Shown: positions 1 through 13,600 of the stretch, in pieces
Layout of the letters: each line of letters begins with the position of its first letter
Numbering within the stretch: position 1 is the stretch's first letter
Origin: Octopus bimaculoides
Taxonomy: Eukaryota
Assembly (NCBI RefSeq): GCF_001194135.2
Contig: NC_068986.1
Location: 43,927,351 to 43,991,350, forward strand
Direction: 5' to 3'
Length of the DNA stretch: 64,000 bases
Translations under genes and position numbers: made by a program
The notes under the pieces: generated by a model
The model's input: the letters and a program-made list of their open reading frames with translations, nothing else
Databases searched by the model: none
Told to the model about the DNA's origin: nothing

Positions 1-1025
1 TCATCATCATCATCACCACTGTTTAACGTTTGCCTTTCATATTGGCATAGGTGGGACAGTTTGACAGGAGCCAGCCAGGTAGGAGCCCACACTAAACTTC
101 TGTGTCTGTTTTGCCAGGGTTTTTACAGCTGGATGCCCTTCCTAGGTTTGAAATCATCTGCATTAAGTGTGCGATATCTAAACTTTGTTAATTTAGAAAG
201 TAAATACAATCTTCTGAGGAAGAAATCATCATCATTAGCAGCAGCAGCATCGTTTAGTGTCCATTTTCTATGCTGGCAAGGTTTGGACAGTTTTACGGGA
301 ACTGGCAAGGCGAGGAACCACACCAGGTACCATGTGCTGTTTTGGCATGGTTTCTATGGCTGGATGCCATTCCTAACACCAACCACTTTATAGAGTATAC
401 TGGGTGCTTTTTACATGGCACCATCACCAGTGCTTTTTATGTGGCCCCATCACCCACACCAATGTGGCAGCAATAGCAGCATTTTAACACTTTTTCTATG
501 ATTACATTTTATTATCATCATTATGGCCAGGTTCCAACCTGAGCTGCATCAACAAAGACTACCTTTCACACTTCTCAGTCCATCATCACTGCCTCAAAGT
601 CCTGGATACACTCCGGGCCATTGTCTGCAATCAAGTTGTCAATGTAAGTGTGATAACATTTTCCTCTTCTTACATCACTATGAAGTGAGTTCCACAAGAC
701 TAATTTGGATGCTTCCAGTTCAGTATGGCACTTGCAGTGACCAAATGATCACAACCGTCTTTACCTGCCTTTCTTATTTGCCAGCAAAGATAGGCAAATC
801 TGACCCATGTTTACATGGTTCAGACAAAGTCAGTGACTCAGATTTTCTATGGCAAGACGATCTTTCTGTTACCAACCCTCAGCTGTTTCCAGGCAAGGTA
901 ATACTTTGTCCTAATCCAGAGAGGTTTCAATGAAAGGTTGCAAACATATGCCACTTATATTATGGTGAAGTTTGTTTACAATCAGCATGCAATGCTGAGG
1001 CAAGGCAATACACACACATACATGC

Positions 1026-1057
<32 letters not shown>

Positions 1058-1067
1058 NNNNNNNNNN

Positions 1068-1104
<37 letters not shown>

Positions 1105-1532
1105 CAAAAGAATGCATTTTGATCAAATCCCCAATGAGTTAACATGGGATCTCTGAACAACAATGTAAACTTCACATAATCAAGGTATCCTTGGCCTGAA
1201 GAGTAGCTTACGGTCTCACTTCCAAGGTTCCGCTAACATATGTAGCCTGGATTTTATCTACTCCATTCCCTAATTTTTAGATGTTTATTCACATATACAA
1301 CAAACCTTGTTGCTAACCATGAACTATAAAATTAACTTTTTTCAGCTTATACTTCAATACTGCAAAAATTCACAACCTTCTGCACCAATAAACCACTTTT
1401 GTTACTAAAAGTTGTTTTCTATATCTTCTATGGATTGCTTGAAGCTAACTAACTTCCTACACCTTGATCCTTGGATCTTACCTTTACATATATATATAAA
1501 TAAATAAATAAATAAATAAATACGAAACTCAC

Positions 1533-1671
1533 TTGATCAACAGTAATACCGATACGGCGGGCAACTTCACTTTTCTCAATTACACTCAGATTGGTGTATT
1601 TCCACAACAGCTCACCATCAAGAATATTTCGACTGGGGTTGAACAACTCTGGAATAGTGGCCTTCGCAGCC
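1533..1671 (-). CDS. CPSF1: CPSF1 probable penultimate coding exon, AAKATIPELFNPSRNILDGELLWKYTNLSVIEKSEVARRIGITVDQ
   Basis: 139 nt, ttcag / gtgag, phase 2-0. Resembles human RNVLDGELLNRY...ERSELAKKIGTT. The final ~15-codon exon was not found in 1-1532. Confidence 0.95.
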
Positions 1672-3276
1672 CTGAAAGGAAAATGATCACTCAATCAATA
1701 CCAAAACATCATAGTTATATACTAGATTAAAAAAAAAGATGGTATGATAATCATAATTTATACACAGATACATTCCAGGTTCAGTCCTGCTGTGCTGCAT
1801 TTTGGGCAAGTGTCTTCTACTATAGCCCCAGGCTGACTAAAACCTGAACGAATCTAAATTTGGTAGACAGAATCTGAAAGAGGCATTTCCTACGCGTGCA
1901 CGTGTGAGTGTGTGTGTGCGTGTGTGTGTGTTTACATTTGCACTTCACTGAAAATTGCTGGGCTACAAGCAGTGGAATTGTTGTCATTCCTCCTGGCAAA
2001 CAGCTAAAGATTAGCAACAGGAAAGGCATATGGCATTGCTTTATAAAACAACACTTCGGTAATATATTCATCTGACTTGTGATGGCATTGAAAAAAACAG
2101 ACAAACAAAAGATATGGTCATTATAATAATTTTATCATATACCACTACAAACATAAGCATTAAAATTTCTCTCTCAGCTCATAGGTGCTCTACTGTTCAT
2201 GCACACTAATATTATACATCCAGTCAGAGTGGTGAACTAGCAGAATCATTAGCATTCACAAGCAGTGGATCAGGAGTGGAGAAAAGGAAAGCTTCTAAAG
2301 GGATTGCAGAGAAAGGCTTGACAGAAGCTTAAATCTGCTGAGATGGACAGGTCTTCTCAGTACTGCTTTGCAGGGTTAGTCAATCAAATTGACCCTAGTA
2401 GTAATTTTAAGTTTGCTTCCCAACCACATGGCTTCCAGTTCAGTCCCATTGTGTTGCTCCTTGAGCAAGTATCTTCTACTATAACCCCTGGCTGACCAAA
2501 GCCTTATGAGTGGATTTGGTATACAGAAACTGAAAAAAGCCTTGGTCATACATAATCATTACCATTATCATCATTTAGCATCCGTTTTCTATGTTGGTAA
2601 TAGGTTAGACAGTTTGACTGGAACTAGATAAGCCAGAGAGCTGCACCAGGCTCCAGTCTGTTTTGGCTTGGTTTCTATGTATGGATGCCCTTCCTAATGC
2701 CAACCATGCCATAGAGTGTACTGGGTGTCTTTTACATGTCACCAGCACAGGTGTTTTTTATGTGTCACTGTATAGATGCCTTTTGTGTTACCAGCACAAG
2801 TGTCTTTTGTTTGACACCAGCACAGGTGCTTTTCATGTGTCACCATCACAGGTGTCTTTTGCATGTCATCAGCACAGGTGCCTTATACGTGTCAGCAGTG
2901 CAGAAACATGTCTGATCATGAGTGAATAACCCCACAAAGCCTAAGGAAGATGTGAGGAGAAAAAAGGTGAGATCAGATTTTAAAAGCTAGGGCTTCACAA
3001 AAGAGATGACAAAAATAATCAAGACAACTAGCAATTATGCTGCATGGTATACATCTCTAAAAATTCATCCAAGCATAAAAGAATCAACACTAAAATATTA
3101 ATGGTGATGATGATAATAATGATGGTAAAAGAACTCAGGCTTTTCATTTTTCATCAGTCTTCTGCTTAATTTCGAACAGTTTGTGTTAAAATAAAAGAAG
3201 TAGAGTATTTAGTAATATATCAATGATAAGATATATAATGTGAGAACATTGTGAAACAAATGGACATCAAAGATAC

Positions 3277-3406
3277 CTGTATGCCTTGGGATTAAGACCA
3301 GCTATGTGTGGAATGAGAGTTGCCATGGCATTTTGCAACATGAGTAAACGTCGATATACCTTCTCAGAAATAGGCATTACAAACCCAATACTGCCATCAA
3401 GTGTTG
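3277..3406 (-). CDS. CPSF1: CPSF1 coding exon, (A)[42 protein letters not shown](R)
   Basis: 130 nt, ttcag / gtatc, phase 1-2. Resembles human ATLDGGIG...[14 protein letters not shown]...AGLNPR. Confidence 0.96.
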
Positions 3407-5839
3407 CTGAAAGAATAGGAATTAGATTCATTTATCAAAAGAAAAGAAAAACATATAAACAAAACCACTTGGGTTCAGAGAAAGAAAATATTTAACAAAT
3501 GCAAATTCTTATTATTGTAGAACAGTGTTAGCTTCAGTCAAAGCTAGCAAAATTCAGATATTAACTACTCATTAGTATATTATATTATGTCAGCTAACAA
3601 TATTTCTAGCAAAGATTTTTTTTTTTTTTCATGTTTCCTAAGTCATTTTTTTCTTTTTTTAACCAAGTTAATTGATTTTAGTTTTAGGATTAGATTTTTA
3701 ATATCATAAAACTAACACATGAAAACTTGAAGATCAGATGTTGTGTTCAACAGAGCAATAAGAACACTGGACTAGATACTTTCTTTCGTCATCTCAGAAT
3801 CTGGTGGAGTTGAACTTTTGAATTTGATCTCTTTGGGATGAATAAAGGAAGAACTTACTGGGAGCAAAGTGTAAAAAGACACCATTATGTTAACAGTAGC
3901 AGCTAATGAAAATGTGGTTTAAACATCAGCTACTTTTGGTTTCCAAATATGAATGAAGAAAATGATGATGTGAGTTAAAAGAGATGAGCTAAGTTAAATA
4001 AACTGGCTTCATACAGTATAAAAGATCTGTATTGGTTAAACTGCTATGGAATTATAAAATTCTGAAATATATCAAGAGGATATGGAGTGTCCTAAAACCC
4101 ACTGGGTTAATAAGTCTCTTTTCAAGTAGTGAATATAAAATCAACTAGGCAAAACCCATTTTTCCCAAAAAGTTTTTCCTGCCAGTATCACCTTGCAGCT
4201 GCTCAATAGGGACATTAACCACATAAATTTCAATAGTTTTGGAAGGCCTACAACAGCACTCTTCCAGACCCTTCTTCAAGACCAATCCTCTCACAAACAT
4301 TCATCATAAGTTGTACAAGAAGCTACAACAGTAACTTGTATCTGCTCATGAAACAATTGTTGAAGTTTAGTCCTTAGTAGGCTCTGAACTAGCAGACCTA
4401 TAACCAGAGACATGCCAGCAGTATCCTTCTCATTTTTACTTCCTTAATTAAAAGAAGAAAGGACTGATGAGAAGCAAGGAAGATATCTTCAGACCAGAGG
4501 CTTGGCTTGAATGTTTACAACAGAATGGTCTCTGCTAAAAGCACCAACAAGACAGAAGGTAGTGTTAAACTTTGCGATGAATTAAGTCTACCACTCTGTA
4601 TATACAGAGAGAGAGTTAGATTATACAATGTGTTCTTTATTCTTAAGACAGTAATGTGTTGAGGGAGATTTGGTTATTGTTTCCAGTATGTGGAATGTTC
4701 ACATATGAGGTTCTCTGAATGTTAAAAAAAATGCTTTACAGCTAGGTAAACTAGGCCAATAGGTGATAGGTGTCTTTGCCAAAGACAAAGATAACACAAC
4801 ACTTAATATATCCTCATATCATGTCTGTTTTCCATGCTGGCATGGGTTGAACAGTTTGACCAGAGCTGGCAAGCTGGGGAGCAACACCAGAATCATGGTT
4901 TCTACAACTCGATGCCTTTCCTAACACCAGCCACTTTCCTGAGTGTGCTGGGTGCTTTCCATGGCACTGCATGGGCACTTTTATGTAGCACTGCACAGGC
5001 GTTTTTACATGTCATCACAGAGGTGCTTTTACATGGCACTGCACAGGCACTTTTATATGGCAACACCATGAGTGCTTTACACCACCATAAGGATTGGTCT
5101 TAACACTTCTGTTGTAGAGTACAGGCCTTCTTGAATACAGCAAGTTGCCAAGTATCTCAGTCCTTTGTCTGAGAGGTTCAGATTCCTAAGGTCATTCTTC
5201 AGTACTTCATCCCATGTCTTCCTGGGCCTCTCACTTCCACATGTTCCATCCATGATACAAACCATTAATCATTCAAGCAAAAGCAGAAAGCATTTCAACT
5301 CAATCTGCTGGGATTTTCCAATTAAATACACACATCATCGCATGACCAACCAGACTATCAGATATTGTTACACATTGCTGGTCACAATATGCTTTGCATT
5401 GTTTTAGCCTTCAAATGACGCCACCTTAATGGCTAGGTGAACAGGCCAACATTCCCACTTGATCAAAAAGGGAGACTGGAGCAATGTGAAAATGAAGTGT
5501 TTTGCTCAAGAACACAATGCACCGCCTGGTCTGGGAATCAAACTCACAGTCTAGCAATCATGAGTGCAACAGCCTGACTACTGAACTACACACCTTCACA
5601 AATACATACATACAACTACAGAAATCACTTTTGGCCAATGGAATTAGCATAACAACCATCTCTTTCAAAGTCAGTAACCCAGTACCTTATCAAATAGGTA
5701 AGCTACCATTCTTACAATATTTACAAAAGATTTTCAGAAAAAAAAAATTAGTATGTTAAGAATGACTATAATGAACAAAATGAATAATACAAGTTTTTTA
5801 AACTTACAGACAAAGAAAATTTTTAATACTGTAACCTAC

Positions 5840-5998
5840 CAAAGAAAGTAATATGTCTTTTTTCAGCAACACTAATCATTTTGCGATCAATTGATTGATC
5901 TGATAATTTACATCTCACTCGGAAAGTACTGAGAACATGTGATCCAATGTTCATGTCAGCTCGCCGTAAAAGTCTCTGTCCACCACAACTTTTCCTTG
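5840..5998 (-). CDS. CPSF1: CPSF1 coding exon, (A)RKSCGGQRLLRRADMNIGSHV...EKRHITFF
   Basis: 159 nt, tttag / gtagg, phase 1-1. Resembles human AKESFGGMRLLRRADFHVG...KHITWF. Confidence 0.95.
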
Positions 5999-7388
5999 CT
6001 AAATTAGTTTAAGGAGAAAAAAAAAAGAAACATAAATATAATTTAATGTTTAATATGAATTTTTACTTAAAATAAAGTGAAAAATACAAAGTTTTATAAA
6101 AAAATAAAAAATAAGATTTAAACCTTGGACATGTTCTTGCTGTTTAGTCCCAGATCATTCATGACTAAAGAGTAATAATCAAAGATGTTCCAATCATCAC
6201 CCACCAGTCTTTTTGCATATTTAAGACGACACTATCCAATGTAAGTTATGATTTGAGAAAGATTTAGCTGCTATGTGTAGTAGGTCGATCGGGTACTTAG
6301 AGATTCACTCAATGTATGCTATCACCAAAAGCATCCCCTAACAAGTAATCAATGCTCTATTGAATTCAAATGATACTGCAAAATTATCCTTCCTACACCA
6401 CCATACATTTCTCCCTTATACACTATGACTGCCTCTTCCCTCACATGCTTACAACCTACCAACCTATACATCTTTCCCTCATACTTCCCCTGTCTACTGT
6501 ATCATTATAACTATTGTAATGTTCTTGACCTCTACTGCCACCCATCTCATGCATCATCCCCACTCATTTCCACCATTCACTACACCCACCCCTCAACTCT
6601 AAGCAGTCTCTACAGTCATCACCTACTTTCCCTTACCTTCCCTCTAACATATTTATCAACATCTCACCAACACTTGTTCTTCATTCATTATATTCATCCC
6701 CTCACTCACCCCATACATTCTTGCAACCTCTACCCATCCATACTCCCTGTTCTTTTGTCCCCACTCATTCCTACTCACCCTTACCTTAAGGGTTCACCTT
6801 GACACCTCATCACCATTATTTTTTTATCTCTCTTTCCAGCTCCACCCCATTACTCCCACCCTCTGCTCTATAATGTAAGTAGCCATATACTACCTCTTCA
6901 GGAAGAAATATGTTCTGCTCCTTTCTTTTGTACATTAATCTCTCATCTCCTAGCACACAGCCACCTTCCACTCTATTGTAATCCAACTCAGTCAAAGGGA
7001 ATAATAGTCTTGCTAAGTGCATGGTGACCTCACTAGTGCTGGTGCCACAAAAAGAAGCACTCAGTACACTCTGTAAAGTGGTTAGACTTAGGATAAATAT
7101 GCCCCTGTAGAAACCATGCCAAAGCAGACATTATACAACAATAGTCTACAGACCTGTCAGATCCTGTCAAACTGTCCAACCCATGCTTGCTTCACTCAGA
7201 TATAAATCTGTATCAAATTCGATATGCCACAGCTTATCATCCAAGCTACAATGTTCAACATTTGCTTCCATTTCAGTCCTACTACATGGCACCTAGGTAA
7301 GTGTCTTCTACTACAGCCTCTGTGCAACCAAAGCCTTGTGAGTGGATTTGGTGATTTGGTAAACAAAAACTAAAAGAAGCCCATTGTA

Positions 7389-7600
7389 TAGGGGAGCCCA
7401 AAAGTAGGTTTACAGTTATCACATAGGCACTTCAAATTTCTTTTAAAACATTTTACTACATTTAAATTTTTATCATACAATTATCTAAATTAACATAGAA
7501 TAATGGTTTCATATTTTTTTATAATTAAGATCTAAACGGTTAATATATGAATGCAAAAGAGATAGTTGAATAACTGTAAACCTACTTTTGGGCCACCCTG
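7389..7600. mobile_element. Tc1/mariner-type MITE, 212 bp, nested in a SINE
   Basis: ~30-bp TIR (taggggagcccaaaagtaggtttacagttat / ataactgtaaacctacttttgggccaccctg) flanked by TA. Confidence 0.85.
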
Positions 7601-9689
7601 TATAAATGCGTGTGTATGTGTGTGTGTGTGTGTGCTTGTCTTTGTGTCTGTATTTGACCCCCACCACTCCTTGACAACTGGTGCTGGTGTGTTTATGTCC
7701 CCATAACTCAGCAGTTTGGCAAAAGAGACCAATAGAATAAGTACCAGGTCTTAAAAGAATAAGTACTGAAGTTGATATATTCGACTAGAATTCTTCAATG
7801 CAGTGCTCCAGCATGGCCACAGTCTAATGACTGAAACAAGTAAAAGAGAAATTAAATAAAAGATATCCTACTATTTTTCTTCAAATTATTGAGCTGCTCA
7901 CTCATTAGGAAATATCTTTGGTCACAAAATATGAAGTAATTGACTATTTATTCCAAAAGAGTGTTAGACAAATAAATATTAAAAAAAAATAATTATACGT
8001 GATGAGGATAGAATTTCTTTCAAAAATCACCTACAATTTTAATTAAATTTTTTTAAATAGCTGCAAACAGTTCTATTCTTTAAATACATCTAGATAAAGA
8101 CATTTGTCTTTTTAATTTTTTTTTTTTTTAAATTCTTTTTGAAATTGGTATAATGGATTATGCAATATCCAACTATATTTCATGGATTTAACAAGACTCA
8201 TAAACAAAAAAAGCTCTCTAATTCATAATTTTTTCTAGTTTCCAGTATTTTTAGGGTTTCAGTTTTAAATACAAAAAAGCCATGATCCACTTTGTTCATT
8301 CAATGTCTTTTATTTTGAAGAGACGGCAATGAGTGATATTGAATTTAGCGTTTAATAGAAAAGCTACAATCATATAACTGTAATAGATTCTCTGCAATTT
8401 TATTTGATTTTCTTTTATTTCCTCTTAAGTTTATGCAGTAACTGACTTTGTTCCCATTTATATGTTCAAGAATTAAAAAAAAAAAAAGGAAAACAATTTT
8501 CTTTTTAAAGCTTATAAAACAATTTTAATATTTAACTAAGATTTTAAAACTTCTCTGAAATGAATTTAATACTATGGTTTTAAATAAATACAGAACATTA
8601 AGTGTTGCTTCAAACTTTATTCATGCAAACTGGTCGATTACCAGAGTACAACTAAGATAATTTGGGCCTGCTGTACCTTTCTGTGGTACAGGAACTTCAC
8701 CATATCTACTTGGAAAAGAATACTTCAGATAGTAAAAGTTGAATAAAAAAAAAAAGAGGGAAAAATCAATTACATGTGTAGAGGATGGTTAACGTTTAGG
8801 TAATTATTATATTGGGGTACAGAAATGGCAGTGTGGTGAAGAAGTTTGCATTGCAAACATGTGGTTCCAAGTTTGGTCCCATTGTGCAGCATCTTGGGTA
8901 ACTGTCTTGTACTATAGCTTCAAGTGACTAATGCCTTATCAGTAAAATGTGGTAGACAGAAACCATGCAAAAGCCCATTCTATGTGAGTACATGCATGAG
9001 AGTGAGAGAGAGAGAGAGCGTGAGAAAGAGAGAGAGTGTGTGCACATGTGTGAACGTGGTCTCTGTGTTGTGTGAGTGTTTGCATGGTGTGTGTGTGTTT
9101 GCATGGTGTATGTATGTGTGTTTGCATGGTGTATGTATGAGTGCGTGTAGGCAAAAAAATATAATCAATGACAAAAAGTTGCAGGTAATCTAGTGTGTCA
9201 CATAAAAATACTTCACTATTTATTCCTTTCGTATTGCCCAGACACTCACTAGTCACTCTTGACACTGGAAATGCAGGGAACTCATCATTGGCTCACTGGA
9301 ACCAATAACTAGACCAGGGTATACTCACAAGTAACAAGGATCAGAGCATAGATGTGATGGTAGAGTAAGGAAGAGAGATGTACAAAGGTCGTAATATATG
9401 TGGTCAGGTATTGCCACGAAGGCAAAAGTAGGAGTCGGGACTGCAGTGACTGGTGAAAACATGGGTAGAAAAATTGGTGGGGAGGAGCAGCGATACAGTG
9501 AGCAGGGCAGTGAGGGCAGGAAAGGGTGTTGGAAGACAATCATGATTTATGAAGAAGAAATATGAGGAAGAGAAGATGCAGTTTAGAAGAGATGTAGTTC
9601 AGTTTCTTGGGGCAGGGTGTGTGAAAAGTGTGTTGTTACATGTGGGTGGGACACAATGCTTCCAGCACTCAGTTTCACTGCCATGGGTT

Positions 9690-10270
9690 GGTCTTCTCTA
9701 GGACCTCATCTTGCCAAACATCTTGGTCATTTTCATTTCCTCCGTGAGTCCCAACATCCTAAGATCGGTCCTCACCACTTCATCTCATGTCTTCCAGGGT
9801 TTCCATCTTCCACAGCTATCGTCCACATTCAGTGACAGGCACATATGTATACAGCTGTCGTCCAAACCAATGCATTCTCCTCTCTTGCGCGCCACATTTA
9901 ATCCTTCTTATGCCTAACTTTTCTCTCAACACAGTTGTGCTTTGTCAGTCATGCACACTGGTGTTGCAAATCCAACAGAGCATACTACCTTCATTCCTTT
10001 CCAGCCTACACATGTCCTCTGCAGTCAGAGCCCATGTCTCACTACCATGTAATATAGCTATTCTCACACAAGCATCATACAATCTACCTTTCACTCAGAG
10101 AGAGAGAGAGTCCTTCTGTTGCCAACAGAGGCAGTGCCTCTCTATCCTATTCTTATTCTAGAAAAAATACTTTCAGAGCATCCATCACTGTTACTAATTT
10201 GGTCACCTAAATAGCAGAAACTATCTACTACCTCAAGAGAGCTTCCTGGACATTTGAGAGAGTCTAAGTT
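9690..10270 (-). mobile_element. Older RTE LINE RT fragment
   Basis: Reverse strand gives GSSLEVVDSFCYLGDQI, KGRLYDACVRIAILHGSETWALT and REKLGIRRI with stops. Confidence 0.8.
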
Positions 10271-10554
10271 CCTCGATCAGCTTTCACATTTTCTGTTTGT
10301 GGCTTTTTCAATCTTATCCTTCTATAGTTTTCTTCCACTTGGATCTCCTCGCACTTCATTACCTTTCAGTTCCCATCCATGTCTTACATGCCTGTATCTT
10401 GTTTTCCAATTGTATAGATTTAGGTTCAGTCCCACTGCAAAGCACCATGAGCAAGAGTCTTTTGCTTTAAACCTGGGGTCAATGTTTTGATAGGTGGAAA
10501 CTGAAAGAATCCCATTATAAACGTGTGTGTGCGTGTCTGTGTGTGTGAGTGTGT

Positions 10555-10588
<34 letters not shown>

Positions 10589-10823
10589 GACAGAGAATTC
10601 ATACTTCCCTACATCTTTACATATGTTTGTTGGTTGTAAACTATGATTCATAAGCAAACAAGTGTCATTTGCTTGTAGTCCACTGCAAAAACATGTCCGA
10701 GCCTCTGAACATGTTTTGACATGTTGCACAAAAAGTTCATTAATACAGTCTTGTTTGTTTCTAGTTCTCTACACAACCACGTTTGAGTTGCTTGTTTTTT
10801 GAAAAACAGTAAGATTATTACCT

Positions 10824-11140
10824 TGTTTTTTATGTTTTATTTATATTCCTGCAGAACTAATGTGGGGTATAGAATATGGAATATACAATATATAATATAA
10901 TATACAATATAAAATAAAATAACATAAAAATGGATGGCACCATGAAAGAAAGTATTGAATGTAGATGAAATATTGAGTGTTCAATATAAAGGATCAAATA
11001 TATAAATATATAAATATAAATATATATATATATTTTATTTTATTTTATATTGTATATTGTATATCATATTATATATTGTATATTCCATATTCTATACCCC
11101 ACATTAGTTCTGCAGGAATATAAATAAAACATAAAAAACA
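10824..11140. repeat. Inverted repeat with 75 perfectly complementary bp
   Basis: 10824-10898 is the exact reverse complement of 11066-11140, with an imperfect extension to ~100 bp. Confidence 0.93.
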
Positions 11141-11263
11141 GACAGTGTTGGAACTCTTTTAAGCAAAATAATATATTCCTCTATACACAATCATACAAAA
11201 AACCCCACCTTTTTTGTATTTATTTTTACTCGCATATATATATACATATATATACATATATAT

Positions 11264-11421
11264 ACGATGGGCTTCTTTCAGTTTCAATCTACCAAATCCA
11301 CTCACAAGGCTTTGGTCGGCCCGAGGCTATAGTAGAAGACACTTGCCCAAGGTGCCATGCAGTGGGACTGAACCCAGAACCATATGGTTGGTAAGCAAGC
11401 TACTTACCACACAGCCACTCC
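11264..11421 (-). mobile_element. tRNA-headed SINE family A, well-preserved 5' half
   Basis: rc reads ggagtggctgtgtggtaag (A-box-like) ... ggttctgggttcagtcccactgc (B-box-like) ... gaaactgaaagaagccc, then a microsatellite. Many other copies, e.g. 1770-1900, 2400-2545, 7270-7860, 8820-8990, 22570-22740, 23460-23620, 33081-34210, 38257-38600, 47060-47230, 48950-49310, 62646-63070. Confidence 0.82.
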
Positions 11422-11909
11422 TATTTGTATATAATGTCTATAAACTGAATTTATCCATTTGATGGCAGTAAAAAAAAAAACTTAAACTTATCTCTAAATA
11501 CATTTAAACTAATGAAAATCATGTATCAAATAACTTCCATTATTCATGCTGCTGCTGCTACTACTACTACTACTTGTGTCTTAACAACATATTTTGATTT
11601 GTTCAAGCCCTGCAAGGTGAGGTGGCAGTTCAAGTGAGTGTCGCTGGCCAACATCTCTGCAATCATGTCTGCTATGCACAGCTGAACATGCCATTTGGCT
11701 TCAGGTGTAGAACCCATGACTCCCTTTCGCCACAATCTTTTGCTGCTCAATTCTACTCCCCACCCCACACATTTGTTTCTTTTTGTTTCCGAGGCGAGAC
11801 AGTTATGGGTTTGTGTTTTTTTCTCAATAATTTGACCTTTTATACTTTTAATGGAATTTTTTTGTTTTTGTTAAATTATAATGAAATATACCAAAATATT
11901 CAGACATAC

Positions 11910-11957
11910 CTTCGGGTTGATAAAAGTAGACAAGCAAATTTTTCAATCTATCTGTTA
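11910..11957 (-). CDS. CPSF1: CPSF1 small coding exon, (V)TDRLKNLLVYFYQPE
   Basis: 48 nt, ttcag / gtatg, phase 1-1. Resembles human VSDRDRNLMVYMYLPE and fills exactly the gap between the neighbouring exons. Confidence 0.92.
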
Positions 11958-12113
11958 CTGAAATGAGTAAAATAAACAAAAAATTTACAGAAGATGAAAT
12001 ACAAGGAAAATCATTATTTACAATTATGTCATGGCAACTAAGGAGATAGAAAAACCCATCATAATTTTAATTGTTTCAATACCAATGTGCCTTAGACCAC
12101 TTCTGGTTCTATT

Positions 12114-12602
12114 ACACTGAGTACCATGATTTTTGTTCTTGGGTAGTTACTGTTATTTCTTATTTGCTTACTCCAGAAAGAATGAAAAATGGCTAATATT
12201 TCCTTCAAACTTTGCTTTATTACATTTATTCAAACCCCCAAAGAGTTCCTCTCAACACATGGCTATGATGCTCCCCCCACTATTCCTGCTCATCATCAGA
12301 GATGCACATATTGTCAACCACTAAAGGACATGATCAAGTGGCTATGGTCAAGTAACTGACAAGCAAATCTGATATTGAGTAGAATATTTGATATAATGAT
12401 ATTTCTGCTTCAACAACTCAGCGCTGAATCTGTCTGAAATGTAATGGAAAATAGGTCAGTTTCAAAACACTGATGTTCAGGTCACAAAAGCCAAGTTTGA
12501 AGGAAATAGTAGTCAATTCCTATGATTTCCAGATACATGTAAATAGGAAATAGTACTCACTGACCAAAGATAAAAAAAAATTAAAATTTAGTTACACAGT
12601 GT
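12114..12602. mobile_element. ~490-bp non-autonomous TIR element, copy 1
   Basis: Long collinear similarity to 53911-54400. Imperfect inverted ends (acactg...cagtgt, plus a subterminal tgttatttc/gaaata block). Confidence 0.7.
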
Positions 12603-13600
12603 TATACAAAGACAAACATTTTGAAGTGTTCTTATTTAAATGCAAATCATTATTCTTTAATTCTTTCTTGTTCTTTTACACTTTCAGTTACTGAACTGCC
12701 ACCATGCTGGAGCACTGTCTTCAGGAGTTTAATCAGATAAATCAGTTCTGCTATTAATTAACTTGGATGCTATAGTAGAAGACTTTTCCCAACTCGTATG
12801 CCGTGGGTCTAAACCAAAAACCACAGATCATCATAATTTAATATTAGAATCTTTTTTATTAAGTTACGCACCAAATGCCAATTTAATAATGAAAAAGTTA
12901 GTCCCTTTCACTATACCTCTCCAAATTTTCCATTATTTTCAAAATGAATGAAAACACATAGACTGTATTACATTCAAAGTAGGATCATTAATGAGTTAAA
13001 CCNNNNNNNNNNNNNNNNNNNNNNNNNNNNNNNNNNNNNNNNNNNNNNNNNNNNNNNNNNNNNNNNNNNNNNNNNNNNNNNNNNNNNNNNNNNNNNNNNN
13101 NNNNNNNNNNNNNNNNNNNNNNNNNNNNNNNNNNNNNNNNNNNNNNNNNNNNNNNNNNNNNNNNNNNNNNNNNNNNNNNNNNNNNNNNNNNNNNNNNNNN
13201 NNNNNNNNNNNNNNNNNNNNNNNNNNNNNNNNNNNNNNNNNNNNNNNNNNNNNNNNNNNNNNNNNNNNNNNNNNNNNNNNNNNNNNNNNNNNNNNNNNNN
13301 NNNNNNNNNNNNNNNNNNNNNNNNNNNNNNNNNNNNNNNNNNNNNNNNNNNNNNNNNNNNNNNNNNNNNNNNNNNNNNNNNNNNNNNNNNNNNNNNNNNN
13401 NNNNNNNNNNNNNNNNNNNNNNNNNNNNNNNNNNNNNNNNNNNNNNNNNNNNNNNNNNNNNNNNNNNNNNNNNNATATTTTTATGATTAAATATTATTAG
13501 GAATTGTATTACAAAATGTTTATATATTTTGTGTATTTTAGAAGTATAACCAATTTATTGTACATAAATTTTGACAATAAAATCTTATATGGTCCCTTAA

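Noticed and set aside
61-476. Recurrent short ORFs containing WMPFLTPTT, LQLDALPNANH or MLAWVG
   Set aside because: These are chance translations of the non-coding RTE-tail repeat found dozens of times in the window.
1405-1450. Possible CPSF1 terminal exon (SFKQSIEDIENNF-stop on the minus strand)
   Set aside because: No in-frame AG acceptor and little similarity to the expected DDLLE.DR.TAHF ending. The real last exon is probably before position 1.
1449-1532. Read-through of exon 1533-1671 giving an alternative C-terminus VSFVFIYLFIY...
   Set aside because: It translates a (TTTA)n/(TA)n tract after a good GTGAG donor, and there is no evidence of use.
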